Assembly: GCF_009914755.1 (NCBI RefSeq)
Contig: NC_060925.1
DNA length: 64,000 nt
From: the human T2T-CHM13v2.0 reference genome, Homo sapiens
Reading direction: 5' to 3' (one strand)
Both the position numbers and the translations under genes were made by a program. Within the stretch, counting starts at the first letter, position 1. Every line of letters begins with the position of its first letter. Below the pieces are notes generated by a model. The model made no database searches. It was not told the DNA's origin and worked only from the letters and a program-made list of their open reading frames with translations. Below are positions 33,892 to 49,980 of the stretch, piece after piece.

Positions 33892-35311
33892 AAGTCATAT
33901 AGAATGTCCAAACACCAGATTCTAGAGGTATATAGAAATGCACATACCAATGGCAAATATGAGTATGCTGTTTTTCATTTGTATTAATACTGTTTTTTCT
34001 TATAGTTATAAATGCAAATGAAAACTGATTGTTCAGAAGAGTAGTATATTATTACAGGAACAGCAGAGGATTTTAGAGTCTTAAGATCTGACAGAAATCC
34101 AGCTTTGTAAACACAAATGGCAAAATGAATTGTGCTTCAACAGATGTTAAAAATCCACTAAGAATAACATTTTCAAAGAATATATATTGACATGGGAAAA
34201 GTACCATTCATCCAGCCAGTCAATAAATACTGTGTTGGGCCATGGACTATGTGCAAAAGATGTTTTAAATGAGCAAGGAAGCCATCATCTTTGCTGTCAA
34301 GAATCTTCAAGTTTAGTGAGAATGGCAAACAAGGATTACAGTTATAATATGATTGATAGAAAAGGTACAAAGAAAAATATCTAAGTACCTAGCAGGGGAA
34401 CCTGCCTAGTCTATTAGAGTCAGAGGTTTTGTAGGAAAAATAACATTTTAAGCTCAGATCTGAAAAGATACATAGGAATTAGCCCAACTTAGTGATTATG
34501 GATTATGGGTGGACACATCAACAAATTGAAAGCTCAGTATTAATTATCAAGGGAGAAAAGGCCCAGGATCAATGGTGGGGAGGGGAGGGTGTGCGGGGAG
34601 GGAGGCAGTGCAGGGAGGGGAGGGTGTGCAGGCAGGGTAAGAGTTCGGGGACCCATACCCAGAACTGTATCTATATGAAAGGCCTAATTACGTCTGCACA
34701 TAGTAAGATTGGAAGTGCACAAAAGAAAATATTATCAGTGCTTAACTCTTTTCTATATTTCTTAATCAATCATACATTACCATTTACTCTACTGATCAAA
34801 AGTGTTATTAAAATAATACTTTACCATTTTGCTTTTATTAAAATTTTAGACAAGACTGTTAAAACTTTGTGTATTCATTTGGAAAATAAGGCTAATAAGA
34901 TTTAACTTCACAAAGTTGCTGATTAGGATCAAATATAATAACATGTGCAGGATGGTGGTTTTGTGACTGTGGTCACTGGACCTAACTCAGTATCAGAGTG
35001 AGCAGATATAGAATTGGGAAGTGGTTGTAAAAACTGATAGATCAGGAGGATAAAAATGTGGACCTGATGAAGTTGATGAGTTGGTTACTACAGTGTTGTC
35101 ACTACCCACTTTAGTAATAATGACAGTCAATGCTAATTAATCCTCTCTCCCGCTCCTTAGACCCAATCTCAGAATCCTTAGCAACTTAGTGCTCCAGACA
35201 GCCACTTACAACTAATTTAGAATGGCATGTTACTTGAAATCTTTTACTATCACTAGCCTTGGAATTTCAAGTATGAATACAATCAATTATACAATTTTTT
35301 AAAAAAGGTAG

Positions 35312-35647
<336 letters not shown>

Positions 35648-35915
35648 AAAAATGTCTTTTTAAATTTATATTTTAACCTTTAAATGTTCTGTTTCTCTGA
35701 AAGTATATCTTCTAGCATGCCCAGAGGTTCTGATATATTAAATATTATTTTGTAAGCCACTGTTATTCATGTATTATGCCAGAAGCAAGAATTTAGAGAC
35801 TATAGCATTTAAAAAAATATATTTATATATATTTACAAATAATAAAGTCAGATACAAATACATCTTTAGATTGAGTGTTGCTTTTTCACAAAATGAAAAC
35901 AAGTGAATTTCTTAC

Positions 35916-36027
35916 CTTTCCTCTGGAGTATCTACATGAAATGTTCTCTCTATAACAGTAGTCCACTGGAGACATCTGATTATAAATGTGTTTGGCTTTG
36001 GTCGTTCTGTTTTCATTAACTGGCATT
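35916..36027 (-). CDS. AKT3: AKT3 internal coding exon, PH domain (approx. aa 58-95)
   Basis: Minus strand TTCTTAG|AATGCCAG...GAGGAAAG|GTAAG; 112 nt, phase 1 to 2; translates (K)[36 protein letters not shown](R). Not in the ORF track; found by reading the sequence. Confidence 0.98.
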
Positions 36028-37143
36028 CTAAGAATAAAATAAAATGTTTCTTTAAATATGGATATATTTAAAACAAGAAGTAAATAATTGAGAACTACAG
36101 AGTTCTATTTTAAACAAAACCCAGTGCGAACTCACAGCTTTCTATGGATCTCCACTCAAGATTATTTACAGCCTGACCTTAGTCTTCCTTTCCAATCCTT
36201 CACCCATTCTGGCCACATTAACCACCTCAACTGGACTATATAATTTTCCCCAAACACACATCTTAACTCTTTCATTTATTTATGCCTTTGCTCCAGCTGT
36301 TCTTGCTATCTGAAATACTTTCCTCACTTATTTTACCTCTATCCATATGCATCACCTGCAGTCACAATAGTACTGATCCTTGAAGGTCCAGATCAAATAT
36401 TATTCCTTCCATGAAACCTTCCATAACACCTCGCCCTAGACTGACCATTTCATCCTCTCTATTCTCTTTACTTATTACCATATCCCTCATGTGTCACTTA
36501 CCATAGACTATCTTACAGTATTACTTATCATTTTAAGAAAATGACAAATATCACTTATCCTTACCTAGATTATAAGCTTTTTGACAATATAAACTGCCTG
36601 TAACTCTTAGTATCCACTGCCCCAAGAGCCAGTCACTCTAAACATGATTAAATTCTGTTACTGAATAACTAGGAAGATGTCAACAAACATGAGCCTAAAG
36701 TATGGATTCTCTGACACTGGTGTGCGTAGATTCAATTATTTTTTCGTACCATTAACTACACAAACTTGGACAAATTAATTAAACTCGCTAGTCTTCAACA
36801 GTTAAGTGGGAAACAGTATCTACATCATAGAATTGATGTAGGAATTAATAATAAGTTCATCTAATATTAGCATAATATGAGACCTATAAGCTTTCAACAA
36901 ACATTAACTATTATTTGGCATACATCTGAGCTGGGCTTTAAAGGATAAATGGTATTGGACACCAAGAAAAAATAGGGTAGGGTTGTCTGCTGACTCTGCT
37001 CTTTTGGAAGAAACTAATTTATCTCCGTTGAAAACTTCAAGTCTTTTCTCAGTGCTTATCTGCTGTGTCCTATCTCCATCATTAGCAACTATCAACTGCC
37101 ATTTCTATCTCTTTATAGTTCCAATTCTTTACTCAGATTAGCT

Positions 37144-37447
37144 GTGTTTTTGTTTGTTTGTTTGTTTGAGACAGTCTCGCTCTGTCACCCAGGCTGGAGT
37201 GCAGTGGCGCGATCTCGGCTCACCGTAACCTCTGCCTGCTGGGTTCAAGTGATTGTCATGCCTCAGCCACCCAAGTTGCTGTGATTACAGGCGTGCACCA
37301 CCATGCCCAGCTTATTTTTCTAATTTTAGTAGAGATGGGGTTTCACCATGTTGGCCAAGCTGATCTCGAACTCCTGACCTCAAGTGATCCACCCGCCTCG
37401 GCCTCCCAAAGTGCTGGGATTACGGGCTTGATCCACCGTATCCAGCC
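37144..37447 (-). mobile_element. AluS (Sx/Sz-like)
   Basis: TSD CAGATTAGCT (37134-37143 / 37449-37458). Confidence 0.95.
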
Positions 37448-37785
37448 CCAGATTAGCTCTTTATTGGCCCTTTACACTGAGAGAAATCATTCACCCAAGG
37501 GTCTCTGCTTAGTTTTCTAACAGTTTACATGTTTTCAGCAATCATCTCTCAGTTTACCAATATCAAAATCCAAACTTTTTTCACCTTGCAGTTCTACTTT
37601 AAGACACACGTGTCTAAACACATAGTGAATATTTCTACCTGGTTGAATTACTGGACCACCCCTAAAACCAAACTCAGTATTTTCCCCCTAAAATTCATTC
37701 CTCCTCCTGGCTTTCATAATTTTCCATCACCCAGGCTGAAACATAAACTGATCTTCCTTTTTGATACTGGTACTATTTGTCATTA

Positions 37786-38314
37786 CAGGTGCTCCTCGAC
37801 TTATGACTGTGTTACATTCCAATACAACCATCGTAAGTCAGAAATATTATAAGGCAAAAATGCATTTAATACACCTAGACTACCCAACATCATAGATTAG
37901 CCTAACCTACTTGAAACATGCTCAGAACACTTCCATTAGCCTAGAGTTGGACAAAAATCATCCAACACAAAGCCTGTTTTGTAGTAAAGTATTGAATATT
38001 ACACATAGATGGGTGTTTTGTCGACATGATGAGATGAGAAAACACAAAAACTAAGAGCATCCAGAAAAATGCTGGCAACACAGTACACTGTAGAGTATCT
38101 ACTGTGCATGTTGTGATCACGTGGCTGACTGCAAGCTGTGATTTGCTGCTGCTGCCCAGCATCACTAGGGAGTATCACACAGCAAATCACTACCCCAGGA
38201 AAAGACAAAAATCCAAAATTTGAAATACAATCTCCATTGAGTGTGTACTGCTGTCAGGAGCACGGTAAAGTAAGACATCGTTACCATGAACTACTGTAAG
38301 TGGGAGACCATTCG
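37786..38314. mobile_element. MER47/Tigger5-family DNA transposon
   Basis: TA|CAGGTGCTCCTCGACTTATGA start; TGTAAGTGGGAGACCATTCG|TA end. Confidence 0.8.
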
Positions 38315-38449
38315 TAACTGGTTTTCCACTGCTATAATTCTACTTCAGATTCTGTGTGCCCAATGCCTAAACCTCCCGGCTGCCCTAAGACAAGATTCTT
38401 CCTATTTAGAGATGCTGAGTGACTATGTAAGTTAAAGACAGAAACTGTG

Positions 38450-39345
38450 CTCTGGGAGACATCTGAACATGTCCGAACGTGAACTCTTGACCTCTCTCAA
38501 CCCTGCTCCTTCTTCTGCCAACCTCTACTGTGGCTTCCTCTATCTCACATGACACCTCCATCCTTTCAATTGCCCAAGCTGAAAACCCAAGAATTCCCTT
38601 GGAGTCCTCTCTTCCCTGACATCACATTCACTCCTCCTGCAAATCTTGGTGTTTCTACTTTAAAAACATAACCAGCTTCTGATAACTTCTCACCACCTCC
38701 ACTACCTCAGACTAAGCCATCATTGTCTCTCACCTGATGATTCCAAAAAACTTAGAATAGCTTTTCCCTGCCCCTCACTGCAGTCTGTTCTCAACACAGC
38801 AGCCAGAAATCTTCTTAAAATGAAGATCTGCAAAAAAGTTCTGCAGTGTTTCAGTTCACTAAGAATAGATGAGTAAGGCCTTTAAGTGATCAGCAGGTGT
38901 CCTACGTGATCTGACCCTCCCACTGACCCCACTGAAGTTTCTGACCTACTTCCTTAGTACTCTCTTTCAGGCTGCTCTGCCAGCCACCCTGGCTTCCCTG
39001 CATTTCCTCAACAATGCACTACACTCTTTCTGCTTTAGAGCTTTTTGCCCTCTGCCTAACATTCTTTCCCCCCTCACACACCCGCACAGCTGCTCTCTTA
39101 GACATCCTATTTAATACTGCAATCTGCACCCCTTACCTAGGACTCTCCCTCCATCTTCTCTTACCTGCTCTATTTTTTATTTTCCATAGCATGTTACCAT
39201 TTTCTAACATTTGATATGAAGTTTTTTAGTATCTTTTTTGCTTATTGTCTTTTCAACTAGATTGTAAGCTCCATTCATATATTCTTAGCACTTAGAACTA
39301 TGCCAGACACATAGTAGGTACTCAATAAACATTTTCCAAATGAAT
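38450..39345 (+). mobile_element. L2 3' portion
   Basis: CTAGATTGTAAGCTCC...GTAGGTACTCAATAAAC L2 3' end. Confidence 0.7.
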
Positions 39346-42212
39346 TCTGATAGTAATAATCCAACAAAGAAGGTAATTTTGATGCTACCAAAAGATAATT
39401 TCTAAAGCAATGTACCTATATAAGCAAGAAGGGATTAAATTTACTGGACAAGTAAAGGGGTAGCTCTAATCAGGAGTATAAATAGTTTAGTAATAAAATA
39501 AAAGAGAAGATATAAGGGCCCAAATGCAATTAGGAGTACAGAAGCAAGTAAAAGCTGGTAGAAATTATTTTCTCACTGCTTCTGTTTTTTTCAGTGAATT
39601 AGGATATAAAGTCATCGGGAATAACGTTGCAAAAGGATCCATCAGGCTTTGAAGAAAAAAAGATATGAAATAGCACTCTGGGAAAATCAAAGTACAAATA
39701 GGCTAAGGAGACCAACCATGACTGCCGAGAAGGATGAAGGACCAACCTGAATTTAATAATGAAGAATTTAAACTAATAACAGAGATCATGGTTGTGTATT
39801 TTCTCCCAGATATACCCAGATATATTCAGCTGCATGTGTACAGGTGAGGAACATAGAGTAATGAATTTAAGCAAGGCTGTACTTTAACCAAGTAAGTTTG
39901 TCAAAGCAAGAAGACAGAAAAGAATAAAGAATGCAAGGCAAGGGAGTGATTATGATACTCAACTAAGAAACTTAAAATGGGTATGGAGGAAAGTGAGAAC
40001 CTGGGGATGTGCAAGACAATGAAAAGGTGGTAGAATCAATAGGTCATAAAATCTATTATATCACAATTCAACTTTGTATAGCAGCATGACATTTTTTGAA
40101 ATATGAAAGTTAAAAAACACAAAATATATATTCCACAAAAAATAAGCAAAAATATTGTTCATTTGAAAGACGTAAGTTTTAAAATACCAAAGACATTATA
40201 CTAATAAAGAGCCAACCAATTCCTATGACTGACTCTGCCCATCAGTCTGATTCTCTTTGAAGCCAACTGTTCCTCCCCATATCCTTCTTTTCAAAAGCCC
40301 TATTAAATTTCCAGCCAGTAATTCACTAGCTATATTACTTAAAAGTTAGGAATTGTGTGCACAGTTCTTCTTATAGCACCTAGGACAGTGATAGGACATA
40401 GGAGTATACAATAAATACCCTGATTGGGCAACTGATTGGCTGGCTTTAAACGTAAAGAATGGAGGACAGACACTTAAATGAGGGGCGTGCCCAAGAGAAA
40501 TACTATGGGGTACAGAGAAATACAGCACAGAAGCAAAGAAAGAATGCCCGGTCTGAGGTTCACTATTTCAGTTTTACTTCAGGTTCCCATTATGGTGATA
40601 TAAGGTAATTAAGATAATGGACTCTGCAATCAGAAAGAAATTCAAATCCAGGCTCTAACACAATCAGCTGTGTGATCCTTTTGAAAGTACTTTATATCTA
40701 AGCCCTCAGGTTTATCATCTTTAAAAGCACTATCATGAATTAAAAGCATATTTTCAACACTATACCTAAATGAAGTTTAAATGCTATAATTTAAAGAACT
40801 TCTCAACACTAGACTTTTAGAAGCTACTCGAAGTGCTGTTATAAGATTCCAAATATCAATTACTATAATTTATAAGGCTGCTAAAAACAATAAAAGATAT
40901 TACTATAATTACCATTCTCAAGCAGATCACTGAAAAGGAATGGCTTAGAAAAGAATAAAATACCTGTATTTATGTATAGAGTGGTTTGGAAAAATATTAA
41001 AATAGTAACATAATGACTAAGTAGTTATGCACAACTTCACTGTTCTTACTAAACTTGCTAAGTATTCATGAACCAAATGACATATATGAAATGTCAGTTA
41101 TGGGCCAAGCACTATGCAAAATGCTGGGCACACAAAAATGAGTAGGAAACTCTATGAGCTCATGGTACACACCATACTACTGATCATTCTACCCATGTAA
41201 TTATAAAGTAGTATTTCATTTATGCTATCAAGGGTTTAATCAGGTCCTGTGAACCCTCTAGTCCAACAAAAATAATGTTACGTGTAATTACAAATAAACA
41301 GTATAATAGAAATAAACCTATATTTTTTAGGTCTCAGTATGAAATACTCTACAAACACATTTCATCTCTACACCAAGATGTTCAAGTGGTAGTTGGATCA
41401 CTACCAAGAGAATATCACAATGTCTTATGGTTTGTTGCTGTACAAAACAAATGTAATTTAAAAAGCTGAATCCAAATTCAAAAAAGTTAAAACTCTAAAT
41501 TACCATGTTAAAACCAGTGATCGAGTAAATAGAAAAACTTTTGAGTTCTTGCATGTTCGCAATAAGGAATCAGAAACACATGATTCTTAAAGGAAATGGT
41601 GGTTAATAAATGGATTAGCCAATACTTCTTTAGAAGAATATTTGCCTTTTGGTTACGTAAAGATTCCCAACGCAAGGTAGGGCAATTTAAATTTTAAAAA
41701 TCAGAAGTAGAAACTTTGGATAGAGATTCTAAAAAGCTATTAACCAAATGATTATCTACGATTTTTAGAATCATTTAATATGCATCAGTAAAGTAAATGT
41801 GCTTATACAAAATGCCAGGTAGCTAACTCTTATTATAACATCTACTTCTCAGTGTTATTTGTTACACTGTTACTTATATTAGATAGTTATACACTAGTTA
41901 AACTCTACTGAGCAACATGAACCACAAGCTGAATTTTAAATGTTCTGCTTACTTTACACCATTCTGAGCCACAGATGACAAAGTCTGTACAAAGCTGTAA
42001 TTACTCTGCAAACCTGAAACCCAATTAGAGAGACTGCAACATGTCAGACCAAGAAATACATACACCAAAAAAAAAATTTTTAGAGATCATCTGTTTAGAT
42101 TAAAATGTTTAAAGGTTTAATTTCAACCAACCTCTTTAGCCATTTAAACACTAATTTTATTCTTTCTAAAATAACATCCAATGTGAAAAACGAAGGCATA
42201 ATAATAGATTCC

Positions 42213-42513
42213 TTTTTTTTTTTTTTTTTTGAGACGGAGTCTCGCTCTGTTGCCCAGGCTGGAGTGCAGTGGCGCAATCTCGGCTCATGCAAGCTCCACC
42301 TCCCGGGTTCATGCCATTCTCCTGCCTCAGCCTCCTGAGTAGCTGGGACTACAGGTGGCCACCACCACATCCAGCTAATTTTTTTGTATTTTTAGTAGAG
42401 ACGGGGTTTCACTGTGTTAGCCAGGATGGTCTCTCGATTTCCTGACCTCATGATCCGCCCACCTCGGCCTCCCAAAGCGCTGGGATTACAGGCGTGAGCC
42501 ACTGCATCCGGCC
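42213..42513 (-). mobile_element. AluY
   Basis: AluY diagnostics; TSD AGATTCC (42206-42212 / 42514-42520). Confidence 0.95.
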
Positions 42514-44745
42514 AGATTCCATTTTTTATTAAATCACATAATGAAATAATGCTGGCTGTGAGTTATGATGACCATAAACCAAATTTATTTTTCAGGTCTT
42601 AAAAATATGATACACCATGGAGGTTCTCTGAAGGGGACAAAAAGCATTTCTATCTTTTGTTTAATGTTTTCACTAGGGGCAAAAAAGCATAACACCTATT
42701 TAAGACTCAATACATCAACCTTTAAGAGATTCATTTAATCCAATGAGCGGAAGGTGACTTAGGTGAGGCAGGTGTCCTGGTAGAGAGCATTCCAGCAGCA
42801 GATAACTGTTGAGTGATCACTACGTTCCAAGCACTGCACAAAGAGTGGTGCATAAATGTTATTCATTTAATCCAAAGGAAAAACCTAAAAGGTGTTATTA
42901 TCTTCCATTTTCTAAATGAGCAAATTTACAAGACTCAGGCAAGCTAAATAACTTGCCCCAAAACACACAACTGTGAGTCATTATATAAGGATTTATTCCA
43001 AGTCTATCTCAATCCCAATCCCATGCTCTTCTGAAGAGAATACACTGCTAGGAAAAATGCCTTAAAAATCAGTAATCATCTGTCAAAGCCATAGGAATGT
43101 CTGTTCCCTCTTCTATACCTTCTCTACACCTTCCCCGTGCTTGGCCCTTCTCCCATCTATGACACTTTTTCTCATATAAGCAAATCCAGGATAAGTTTCA
43201 ACTGATAACAGTGTTTGAGCGGGAGAGGGCTCCAATGTGTTTGCCTCTGGTTCTCTCCACAGTATAGGGATGGACAGGAATGAGGGTTATCCCCTAGCAG
43301 GATGCTGATCCTTGACATCTCGTTTCTCCAGGTAGGAGTAACGGGAGGCGGTTTAGAATGAGAAGCTGAAGGGAAAGAAAGTGGTAAGGATAGCAGAAAG
43401 GAAGGCAAGAGAGCCTTTGGGTTCTTTCACTGCTGGCTCTCACATTCTCCAATACCAATGAAGTTAATGATTAAAAAAAGTTCAATTACTAATAATGGAA
43501 AAGTGATCTGCAGACTCACATCAATCCAGCTCCGCATTGCTAGTTATTTTTGTCTGAACCATTTGCGTTTTATCACCCAAACTCAACATATCTCTCTCCA
43601 CATAAGCAAATAGGAGAGAAGACAAAGTTCTTACATTTGATTCCATAATACAAGGGGTTCAATAAATAATGGGAGTCAGACTGGATTACTAACATTACAT
43701 TTCCCTCTAGAAGATGTTTTTCACTTCATCATCCACATTCCAAATTGTGACATTTTAATTATCATAAACCACCACTTTGGAATTAACATGAAATACTATT
43801 TATGAACTTGAGTTGAATTTGAAGTCACGATATGTTAATGTGAACTTCTCCTAACACATTTTTCTTCTTTGAATATGGTCACTACAGATACTACCATTTA
43901 CCAAAAGCACACTTACAGAGCCAATATTTTCCCCATCAACATTTCTCTGTCTTGTTTGCCCACCGAATCCTGCCTCTAATTAAACAAACATACACCTCAA
44001 GAGTCTTCTGGAACAACTGTTCTTGGCATACTTTCTGCCTACTTGAAATTCCAAATAAACGTACTGTGGTCATTTTGAGACAATAGTTAAAATATAAAAA
44101 TGACATAAGGCATTTACTAAAAGAATTATAAGAGGCATGCAAACATCTAGTGGACTCAAGGAATTAGGCATGTTGGTTTTTTGGCTTTGATTTTGGTTTT
44201 TGCAGTATAATAGCCATGGGCTTTTTAAAAATGTAGTAAAATATACATAACATGAAATGTACCATTTTAACCATTTTAAGTATACAGTTTGGTGACATTA
44301 CTGAATTCAAATTGTTGTGTGGGCAAGATGGTTTTCAAACATATTTCTTGATTTACTTTCACTGTATAAATCATCCATGCTTAATACAGAAAAATACATA
44401 CATAAGTATAGGCAAAATAAAAATACTCATAATCCTACCATTCAGTTATAACCATTATTAGTGTTTGAATACATACATTTTTAGACCTATTCTAAGCACT
44501 TTTTAGAAACAAAAATGAGACCATTATTGATGATATTATATGTTTTGGATATTTTCCATTTCAGTAAATAAAGATCTACATCATTATATTTAATAGTGGC
44601 ATAAAACTCCATTGTACTCATACACCAGAATAAGCAGTTTATTTATAGTCATAATGCATGAAACAGAAGTAAATTACTCAGATGTACACAGGATATTTAA
44701 CCATTCATTACATAACATGGTAAAATCTGAAAAATAATTATGAGA

Positions 44746-45048
<303 letters not shown>

Positions 45049-45974
45049 TATTTTTAAGAAAAGCTATTTATATTTGAAACATGATGAAACTGGGATTTGA
45101 TAACAAAATTTTTAAACAATTCAACAAGAATGTACATTAGATTGAAAATTCCCTTAGGGGAAGGTCCATACTATTTGATTTCTGGTACTATGCCTAAACA
45201 GGGCTGGTCTCAAATAAATAAACAGAATGACTAACATACTGCCCCAATTTATCTGTGCCTTGGCTAATTGAAATCATGTTAAAAAATACCTAAAAGATAA
45301 TCTACCCCTAATAAAATAATTAATTCAGGCAAAAATCACCAATGGTAAAATCATTTGGTAAATAACTAATTAAGACTAAATATTGCATAGTGCCAACATG
45401 TCAAACCACAGATTATCTGGTAACCACATGAGAGAAACTTAGTTTATAATGAAGAGATGACACTGTCACCACCGTAACCCAGTGAACAATGATAGCATTA
45501 CTAAGAGCTGGTCAACCAAATACTAGGTACCTCTTGACATAACGCAATATGAAGTACACAGACTCACGAAGGAAACAATCTTGATAAAAATTCTGAATAT
45601 GAATCTGATGGAATCCTTAGATCTAACTTCCTTTTACAGTAAATACAGAGGTAGAGGAAAAGTTAAATGACACCTCGTAGAAACGATCAGAGAATTCCAT
45701 AAGACAGAACTTTCACAGGACAAATGAAGTAGTCTCTTTAATAAGTGAATGTACCCAAAAGAGGGGTGAGGAAGGTAGTCTAATACTCTGCTGGACTAGT
45801 AGGGACTTAAAAGATTTATAAAAACCAAATGCAATGCGTGGTCCTCCTTAATGCATTCTGGTCTAAACAAACCAGTTTTAGGCAACAAGTGGGAAATCTG
45901 AATATGAATTTGTACTTGGTAATACTAAAGATTAGTTTTATTAGATGTGATTGTGATACAGCTTTTAAAAAAAT

Positions 45975-46195
45975 TTTCAATTCATGAAGTAGATGTGCAG
46001 GTTTGTTACATGGGTGTATTGTATAAAGCTGAGATATGGGCTTCTAGTGAACTCATCACCCAAATAATGAACATAGTACTCAATAGGTAGTTTTCTGGTC
46101 CTTGTCCCACCCTTCTCCTTTTTGGAGTCCGCAGTGTCTATTATTTCCATCTTTATGTCCATATGTACCAATTGCATAGGTCCCACTTAGAAGTA
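45975..46195 (-). mobile_element. L1PA16/L1PB-like 3' UTR fragment
   Basis: GTGCAGGTTTGTTACATGGG...GGTCCCACTTAGAAGT. Confidence 0.7.
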
Positions 46196-46345
46196 ACTTA
46201 CAACTTAAATGCCTCGAGATTTCCATCTGTACCAATGAGACAATTTCTACTCACGTATCTTCAAAGTAGCTTATCAGTGCATACATACCACAGTGAAATA
46301 AACAATAAACATATACAAAGACCAAGATGCAGATTCAAAGTCACT

Positions 46346-46636
46346 TTTTTTTTGAGATGGAGCCTTGCTTTGTCATCCATGATGGAGTGCAGTGGCACAA
46401 TCTCGGCTCACTGCAACCTCTGCCTCCTGGGCTCACGCCATTCTCCTGCCTCAGCCTCCTGAGCAACTGGGATTACAGGCGCATACTACCACGCCCAGCT
46501 AATTTTTTGTATTTTTAGTAGAGACGGGGTTTCACCATGTTAGCCAGGCTGGTCTCAAACTCCTGACCTCAGGTGATCAGCCCGCCTCCACTTCCCAAAG
46601 TGCTAGGATTACAGGCGTGAGCCACTACATCCAGCC
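46346..46636 (-). mobile_element. AluS
   Basis: TSD TCAAAGTCACT (46335-46345 / 46637-46647). Confidence 0.95.
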
Positions 46637-47084
46637 TCAAAGTCACTCTTTAAAGCACTTGTATTAAATGCTGCTCCTCTTCCCGCTAACTGCCCCATTC
46701 CTCTCCTTCGTTTTGCTGGTAAATCACTCAAAATAATCTACAAGGCTGGCCTTTGTTACCCATGCCTTAACCAATTAGCTAAATTCTGGTTTCCACCACT
46801 CTACTGCAGTCTCCTTTTTATCAGATATATTTTCCTTGTTCTCATTTTCATTTCTTTGCAGCATTTGATGTTCTTGGCTCCCTATCCTTTGAGTCCCTTT
46901 TCCTTGACCTCCATGACACTGACTTGCCTGGTTTTACTACCATCCCATACCATTCATTAGTTTTTCTTAGGGCCTCTACTTCCAAAGTAGAGGCTCAGAC
47001 CTTTACCTTCCAAAGGCTCAGACCTTTCTGTTATGCTTTTATTTTTGACATTTTTTCCCATAGTAAATCTAGACATTAATTACA

Positions 47085-47570
47085 CAATATTTGTTAGGTA
47101 CCCACAGTATATCAGCCAGTAACCTAGGCACTGAATAGCAGTGAACAAAACAAGGTGCCTATTTTCCATAAAGCTTATATTTTACTGAGGGGATGAGTAG
47201 TCAAACAATAAACAAGCAAAACAATTAATTTATAACATAGTAGGTGCTTATAAACAATATGAAGAAAAATAAGGCAGGTCAACGAGTTGAAGTGAACGGG
47301 AGGTGATACTATTTTCGAAAGATTAATTTAAAAGGGTGTCTCTAATGAAATGAGAGGCCAATGCAGATTACCTTCGGGAAGAGTAAGTTACACAGAATGA
47401 ACATTAAGTGCAGACTCACAGCTGGAGGGATTCCACAGATGGATTTGTGAAACAGCAAGAAGCCCAGTGTAATTGGAGTCAAGTAAGTTAGGAAAAAAGG
47501 TAGGAGATGAGGTTAGAAAGATCTTCAATGAGTTGGTAAGGACTTTGGATTTAATTATAGATAGGCTCCC
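47085..47570 (-). mobile_element. L2 fragment
   Basis: Reverse L2 3' region (CAGTGAACAAAACAAG, GTAAGGACTTTGGATTT). Confidence 0.65.
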
Positions 47571-48940
47571 CAGTAGCTCTGCATCGACTGACACCTGATG
47601 TCTGATGACTCTCAAACCTGCTTCTTCAGTCCCGGCCCTTCTCATCAAGCTCCATCCCCATATGGCAAAACTAGCATCTCCTTTGATGCCCTATACTGCC
47701 TCATCCTCAAGATATCCAAAAGGGTTTTGTTTTTGTTTGTTTCAGCTTCCAAGTTGAAAATTACTATACCAGTACAGTTTTTCTATTTTATTTCCATATC
47801 ATCTTCCTAATCACCCAAGAAACACTTCCTCAGTCATCTCTGGCTCGTCCTTCTCTTTCAGCCCTCATGGCTAAGCCACCAACATTCATGTTAACAGTTT
47901 GTTCGTTATGACTCTTGGAATCATCCTTTTTTTGTCCACTGCTGACACCCAACCCGGGAACTTACTATCAAAATCCTCATCACTGAAATGACCTCTTAGG
48001 TGGTCTCCCTTTTCTACCCTTCTCCCTAAGTTGTCCTACATACTACTAGTAAGATGAGTCCTACCCAAATTCTTAAACTGTATGTCATTCTCTTCAAAAA
48101 TATTTTCCTGTCTGCAGGACAATGTTCAAATACATTTCTTAGCCTGACTTTCAAAGCTATTCATAAGGAAGCCCCATTAATTAAAACAAAAAGTTTCAAA
48201 CTGTATTCCTCACTGCCAAACTATAAGTACTTTCTGCTAATAAACATGTCTCTTCACTGTCCCCTAAAAATTATCTGATTATTATTAACTTCAGGATTTA
48301 ACAACTCATGCTGTTTCTCTCACCTGACACATACTCCCTTCCTTTTTACTTAGATTCTAGTCACTCAAGATCTTCTCTTATTCCAACTCATACTCTCTAT
48401 CCCTGAAGATCTACTACACTTATTTGTATCCCATATGGTGGTACTTCATCATATGCTGTGATTTATTTGACTGTTTTGAGTGGAACTCCTTAAGTTTCAG
48501 GGAATTTGGAATACTTCTCATAGTTCTTTTCTATTCATCAAAATCTAAGCACATACAGACTGAATTCTAGGAAAAGCTTCAGGAAACATTTCAGAAACAA
48601 TATAATTTCTCACAACTTATTTTTTTCTCATAAAATGTATATTTATATATTTCATATATATGAAAAAATATATTTTTCAAAAAACATACTTTTCAAAAAA
48701 TAGATATTTTTGAATCCTAATCATATTTTTGATTTTGGAGCAACAGCTCTAATACTTGAGATATTTTTTTTTCCACAGGAAAAGGTGAAAGGAGTAGATG
48801 TAAAGAATAAAGGATTTTTCCCCCTTGGAGAAAAATAAAAAGGTAGGTCTACTTATCCAGAGTAAAGCACTGTCCAAATAAACAATGAATTGTGGAGGAT
48901 TATAAACAAATCAAGTAATTCCATTAAAATCAACTATAGA

Positions 48941-49316
<376 letters not shown>

Positions 49317-49980
49317 TTAAGGGGAAGGTATAGATGTGTTTTCTTTGCCTTCAGGAATTCTAACTCCAAATAAGTTAGCCTGGCTTTGAAAGATGGTTCC
49401 AACCACAGACATAAAAAGGCCTCTTGGGTATTTACTACAGCAACAACAACAACAACAAAAACAATAAAAACACTTCATTTTAAAATCTGGTTTGATAGAT
49501 AGCAAGCTATATGAAGTAAAGTAAAAGAATCAGCTCCTTCACTGATCTCTAGAAGAATGGGGGGAAAATCTCATCTTAAATCTCTGCCAATTTAAATCAG
49601 TAGGAAAATTTTGCTTTCTATTATATCTTTCTCCAAAATTTATTTTTTAAATAGTAACTACTAAGTAATTATCTTAGCATATTATCAGTTGATTCACTAC
49701 ATTAAGATTTCACATACATTATTCCTCACTTAATCCTCTCAGCTGAGTTCTAAAGTATGGTCATTTCCAGTTCACAAATTTTTTAAAAAGGAAGCTATTT
49801 AATGTCTAAATCACTTATTCAAAATCATCAAGCCATTAATGTGGTAAAACTGAGTCTCAAATCCAGGTTTTCTAGCTCTAAATTCATGTCTCTTTTTGTA
49901 TCACATACTGTTTTTAGGATGGATGTTGGTTGTTTATGAAAGGAAGTAAAGTTTTCTTTCTTTCTAATAACGTTTATACA

